Notes under the pieces: generated by a model
Database searches by the model: none
Told to the model about the DNA's origin: nothing
Seen by the model: the letters and a program-made list of their open reading frames with translations, nothing else
Source of the DNA: a virus
Taxonomy: Duplodnaviria; Heunggongvirae; Uroviricota; Caudoviricetes
Length of the DNA: 11,761 nucleotides
IMG/VR virus record: IMGVR_UViG_2630968911_000003
Location: 1-11,761 of that record
Direction: 5' to 3' (one strand)
Shown here: in pieces, positions 9,083-11,761 of the stretch
How the letters are laid out: every line of letters starts with the position of its first letter
Numbering within the stretch: position 1 is the first letter of the stretch
Position numbers and translations under genes: made by a program

Positions 9083-9433
9083 TCACTTTAACCGTTCACG
9101 GGCCGTCTTCGCCTTATGACACGGCCAGCACAGGCTCTGCAGATTACTGTCGGCATCAGAGCCGCCATGCGCTTTAGGGATGATGTGATCAACGGTTTTC
9201 GCTTCACGCACCACACCGGCACGCAGGCACAACTGGCACAGTCCTTTGTCACGCTTCAACACACGCACGCGGATAACATCCCACTTCGAACCATAACCGC
9301 GCTGATGACGGGATTGTCCTGGCTTGTATTGCTTCCAGCCTTCGCTTTTGTGGCTTTCACAATAGCCTGACGGGTCTGTGGTGGTATGGCGGCAGCCACG
9401 AACACGGCAGGCTTTTGGGATTCGTGATGGCAT
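9083..9433 (-). CDS. HNH endonuclease (terminase-associated)
   Basis: Contains an HNH motif 'VDHIIPKAHGGSDADSNLQSLCWPCHKAK' and an N-terminal Cys/His cluster 'CRVRGCRH...CESH'. The start is placed at the ATG at 9433 (116 aa), which has a GGAG ribosome-binding site 5 nt upstream; the track start at 9532 lacks one. Confidence 0.85.
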   Translation of the reverse strand: MPSRIPKACRVRGCRHTTTDPSGYCESHKSEGWKQYKPGQSRHQRGYGSKWDVIRVRVLKRDKGLCQLCLRAGVVREAKTVDHIIPKAHGGSDADSNLQSLCWPCHKAKTARERLK

Positions 9434-9655
9434 ATGTACTCCAATGAAGAAGCCACCGACATAGCCTCCTCCATTCATCGTGAAACTATTTTCATCTACC
9501 CAGTAATGAATTCTTTGTAGAGTTGTGATCAATACAACTCACTAATGGAGAGGCTTGTCCAACACGTTGGACAAGTTTCCTGTTTGATTTACTGGACACT
9601 ATAGAAGGACAGAATGCCTTCATCACTCGAATAACATCAATTAAGGAGGTTCAAC

Positions 9656-9778
9656 ATGTTTCATTCCACAAATCATCAGGCTGTAATTATGGCTGCATCA
9701 GCTTGTACCACAGACCTTTTCCGCTTCACTTTGAGCCTGATTCATTTCTACCTGACCGGCTCGCCTCTATCTTTTTAA
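9656..9778 (+). CDS. small hypothetical protein (40 aa) with strong ribosome-binding site
   Basis: AAGGAGG (9643-9649) lies 6 nt upstream of the ATG at 9656. The ORF encodes MFHSTNHQAVIMAASACTTDLFRFTLSLIHFYLTGSPLSF with a hydrophobic C-terminal half. It is below the ORF-track size cutoff and no homology was recognised. Confidence 0.3.
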   Translation: MFHSTNHQAVIMAASACTTDLFRFTLSLIHFYLTGSPLSF

Positions 9779-9958
9779 TCCCCGCTTTATCCAAATTGCA
9801 TTGCCAGAATGCCGACAACAGACTGACATTCAAATCCTGACTACCTCCAATAGTCTGACCGTACACCTATATAGTTTTAATTTTCATCAATCCATTTAAC
9901 TATCGTTTAATTGTTGTCACATAGGATTCTGCCGTTTTTAACAATGCAGGATAATAAG

Positions 9959-10252
9959 ATGAAAAAAATGTTGTTTTCTGCCGCTCTGGCAATGCTTATT
10001 ACAGGATGTGCTCAACAGACGTTTACTGTTGGAAACAAACCGACAGCAGTAACACCAAAGGAAACCATCACCCATCATTTCTTCGTTTCGGGAATTGGAC
10101 AGGAGAAAACTGTTGATGCAGCCAAAATTTGTGGCGGCGCAGAAAATGTTGTTAAAACAGAAACCCAGCAAACATTCGTAAATGGATTGCTCGGTTTTAT
10201 TACTTTAGGCATTTATACTCCGCTGGAAGCGCGTGTGTATTGCTCACAATAA
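9959..10252 (+). CDS. bor: Bor outer-membrane lipoprotein (serum-resistance factor)
   Basis: The 97-aa product 'MKKMLFSAALAMLITGCAQQTFTV...ETITHHFFVSGIGQ...GIYTPLEARVYCSQ' is essentially lambda Bor, with the lipobox LITGC. The track start at 9911 is TTG; the true ATG at 9959 has an AGGA ribosome-binding site. Confidence 0.95.
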   Translation: MKKMLFSAALAMLITGCAQQTFTVGNKPTAVTPKETITHHFFVSGIGQEKTVDAAKICGGAENVVKTETQQTFVNGLLGFITLGIYTPLEARVYCSQ

Positions 10253-10283
10253 TTGCATGAGTTGCCCATCGATATGGGCAGCT

Positions 10284-10745
10284 CTATCTGCACTGCTCAT
10301 TAATATACTTCTGGGTTCCTTCCAGTTGTTTTTGCATAGTGATCAGCCTCTCTCTGAGGGTGAAATAATCCCGTTCAGCGGTGTCTGCCAGTCGGGGGGA
10401 GGCTGCATTATCCACGCCGGAGGCGGTGGTGGCTTCACGCACTGACTGACAGACTGCTTTGATGTGCAACCGACGACGACCAGCGGCAACATCATCACGC
10501 AGAGCATCATTTTCAGCTTTCGCATCAGCTAACTCCTTCGTGTATTTTGCATCGAGCGCAGCAACATCACGCTGACGCATCTGCATGTCAGTAATTGCCG
10601 CGTTCGCCAGCTTCAGTTCTCTGGCATTTTTGTCGCGCTGGGCTTTGTAGGTAATGGCGTTATCACGGTAATGATTAACAGCCCATGACAGGCCGACGAT
10701 GATGCAGATAACCAGAGCGGAGATAATCGCGGTTACTCTGTTCAT
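10284..10745 (-). CDS. Rz: Rz i-spanin
   Basis: '[44 protein letters not shown]...KYINEQCR' is near-identical to lambda Rz. The ATG at 10745 forms an ATGA overlap with the R stop. Confidence 0.95.
   Translation of the reverse strand: MNRVTAIISALVICIIVGLSWAVNHYRDNAITYKAQRDKNARELKLANAAITDMQMRQRDVAALDAKYTKELADAKAENDALRDDVAAGRRRLHIKAVCQSVREATTASGVDNAASPRLADTAERDYFTLRERLITMQKQLEGTQKYINEQCR
10343..10525 (-). CDS. Rz1: Rz1 o-spanin lipoprotein (embedded in Rz, +1 frame)
   Basis: '[60 protein letters not shown]' matches lambda Rz1, with a lipobox and proline-rich region. It lies entirely within Rz. Confidence 0.95.
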   Translation of the reverse strand: MRKLKMMLCVMMLPLVVVGCTSKQSVSQCVKPPPPPAWIMQPPPDWQTPLNGIISPSERG

Positions 10746-11239
10746 TGCTGACCCCACAAACAGATTTCACGCTCAATCTCACGACGAGTCATGAGACCTT
10801 TCCATTGCTTACCGCCAGCATATGTCCAGCGACGTAGCTGATCACATGCGCCTTTGATATCGCCCTGGTTTATTTTGCGAAGAAGCGTCGATGTTCTGAA
10901 ATTGCCAGCACCCACGTTGTAAACGAATGAGTAAAGAGCGCCGCGCATTGTTTCCGGTATATCGACTTTGATGTACGGGTTAATTTGTCTGGCGACCGTG
11001 GCAAGGTCTTTATTCAGGAGGGCTTTGCATTCTGCTTTGGTATACGTTTTACCGAGCATGATGTCTTTTCCTGTATGCCCGTGACATACAGTCCATACAC
11101 CAACAATATCTTTGTATGGTATGTAGCTGACACCTTCCAGACCATCGTTACCACTTGGGCCAGTAATTAACACTGATGCTATAGCAATTGCTCCGCCACC
11201 AATAGCAGCAGCAACGGCTTTTCGTAATGATGGAGGCAT
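10742..11239 (-). CDS. R: SAR endolysin (phage 21 R-type lysozyme)
   Basis: A 165-aa protein with an N-terminal Gly/Ala-rich signal-anchor-release domain '[20 protein letters not shown]' and a T4-lysozyme-like catalytic region '[16 protein letters not shown]'. It matches phage 21 R as I recall it. Its ATG overlaps the S stop (TAATG). Confidence 0.95.
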   Translation of the reverse strand: MPPSLRKAVAAAIGGGAIAIASVLITGPSGNDGLEGVSYIPYKDIVGVWTVCHGHTGKDIMLGKTYTKAECKALLNKDLATVARQINPYIKVDIPETMRGALYSFVYNVGAGNFRTSTLLRKINQGDIKGACDQLRRWTYAGGKQWKGLMTRREIEREICLWGQQ

Positions 11240-11454
11240 TATTCACCTCTCGCAGCCTTGCGCTTATCTTCTTTAATCTTGAAATAAAGGTTTGTCAGGT
11301 ACGTCAGCAGGCCAAATACCAGGCTACCCAGCACACCTATTGCTGCCCACTGTGAGGGCGTGACTTTATCGAGCAGCTGTAAAAACCAGTAACCGGCACT
11401 ACCTGCTGAGGTGCCATAGGCGACACCCGTTGTTAACTTATCCATGGATTTCAT
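11239..11454 (-). CDS. S: pinholin (phage 21 S-type) with dual translational start
   Basis: '[71 protein letters not shown]' is 71 aa with two transmembrane domains. Met1 (11454) and Met4 (11445) give the dual-start arrangement, with a GAGGTG ribosome-binding site upstream. The track ORF, extended to 11499, has no ribosome-binding site. Confidence 0.9.
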
Positions 11455-11761
11455 AACCCCACCTCGCAGACAAAGCGGGTGTAAATTGAGGGAATACAAC
11501 GTATCGCAAAAAAGCAGAAACGTAACAGACTCGGAGTCAGTGAATAACTCAGGTATTGAGTTATCAGCTAATATCGAGACTCAAAAAATGGAAAAACCAG
11601 CTCGACGGCGGGTTTAAGCTGTGTGACGAAGTAACCACTCTTAACAGCATAACCAATTTTTTACGTACGTAAACCACTGAATGATATTTATGAGAATGCT
11701 ACCGAGTGTTCAAAACACCACCACAAATACATAAGAAAACCTCAACAAATAACCAACAAAT

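Noticed and set aside
9116-9474. ORFs overlapping the HNH gene (9116-9370 on plus, 9256-9474 on minus)
   Set aside because: They overlap the HNH coding region, and the HNH frame is the only one with a recognisable motif and ribosome-binding site.
9938-10445. ORFs overlapping bor and Rz (9938-10171 on minus, 10233-10445 on plus)
   Set aside because: They are antisense to bor and Rz. Only Rz1, same strand and +1 frame within Rz, is a real nested gene.
10985-11499. Antisense ORF in R (10985-11170) and the 15-codon extension of S up to 11499
   Set aside because: The S extension ([15 protein letters not shown]) lacks a ribosome-binding site and a phage 21 counterpart. The antisense ORF has no support.

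Overview
This window looks like the late-gene arm of a defective lambdoid / e14-like enterobacterial prophage, mostly encoded on the minus strand, with non-phage cargo at the left end. From right to left: a phage-21-type lysis cassette (pinholin S, SAR endolysin R, Rz with embedded Rz1), bor on the plus strand, an HNH endonuclease, a possible cos region, then terminase small and large subunits. The large terminase abuts a truncated baseplate J-like fragment, so the portal, head and most tail genes appear deleted. Next come a P2 gpI / Mu gp48-like tail protein, a side tail fibre whose C-terminus lies in a Pin-controlled invertible segment (two 26-bp hix/gix-like crossover sites, an alternative receptor-binding module, two convergent tfa genes), and the pin invertase. 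Left of pin sits the most interesting gene: a GIY-YIG nuclease-domain protein with an unassigned C-terminal domain, in the slot where e14 carries mcrA. Further left are about 760 bp of AT-rich non-coding DNA, a YdeO/AppY-like AraC-family regulator and an IS3-family transposase remnant. All calls are by eye from the sequence and ORF track; no database search was run. Gene starts were re-derived by hand where the ORF track began at TTG/GTG or lacked a ribosome-binding site.
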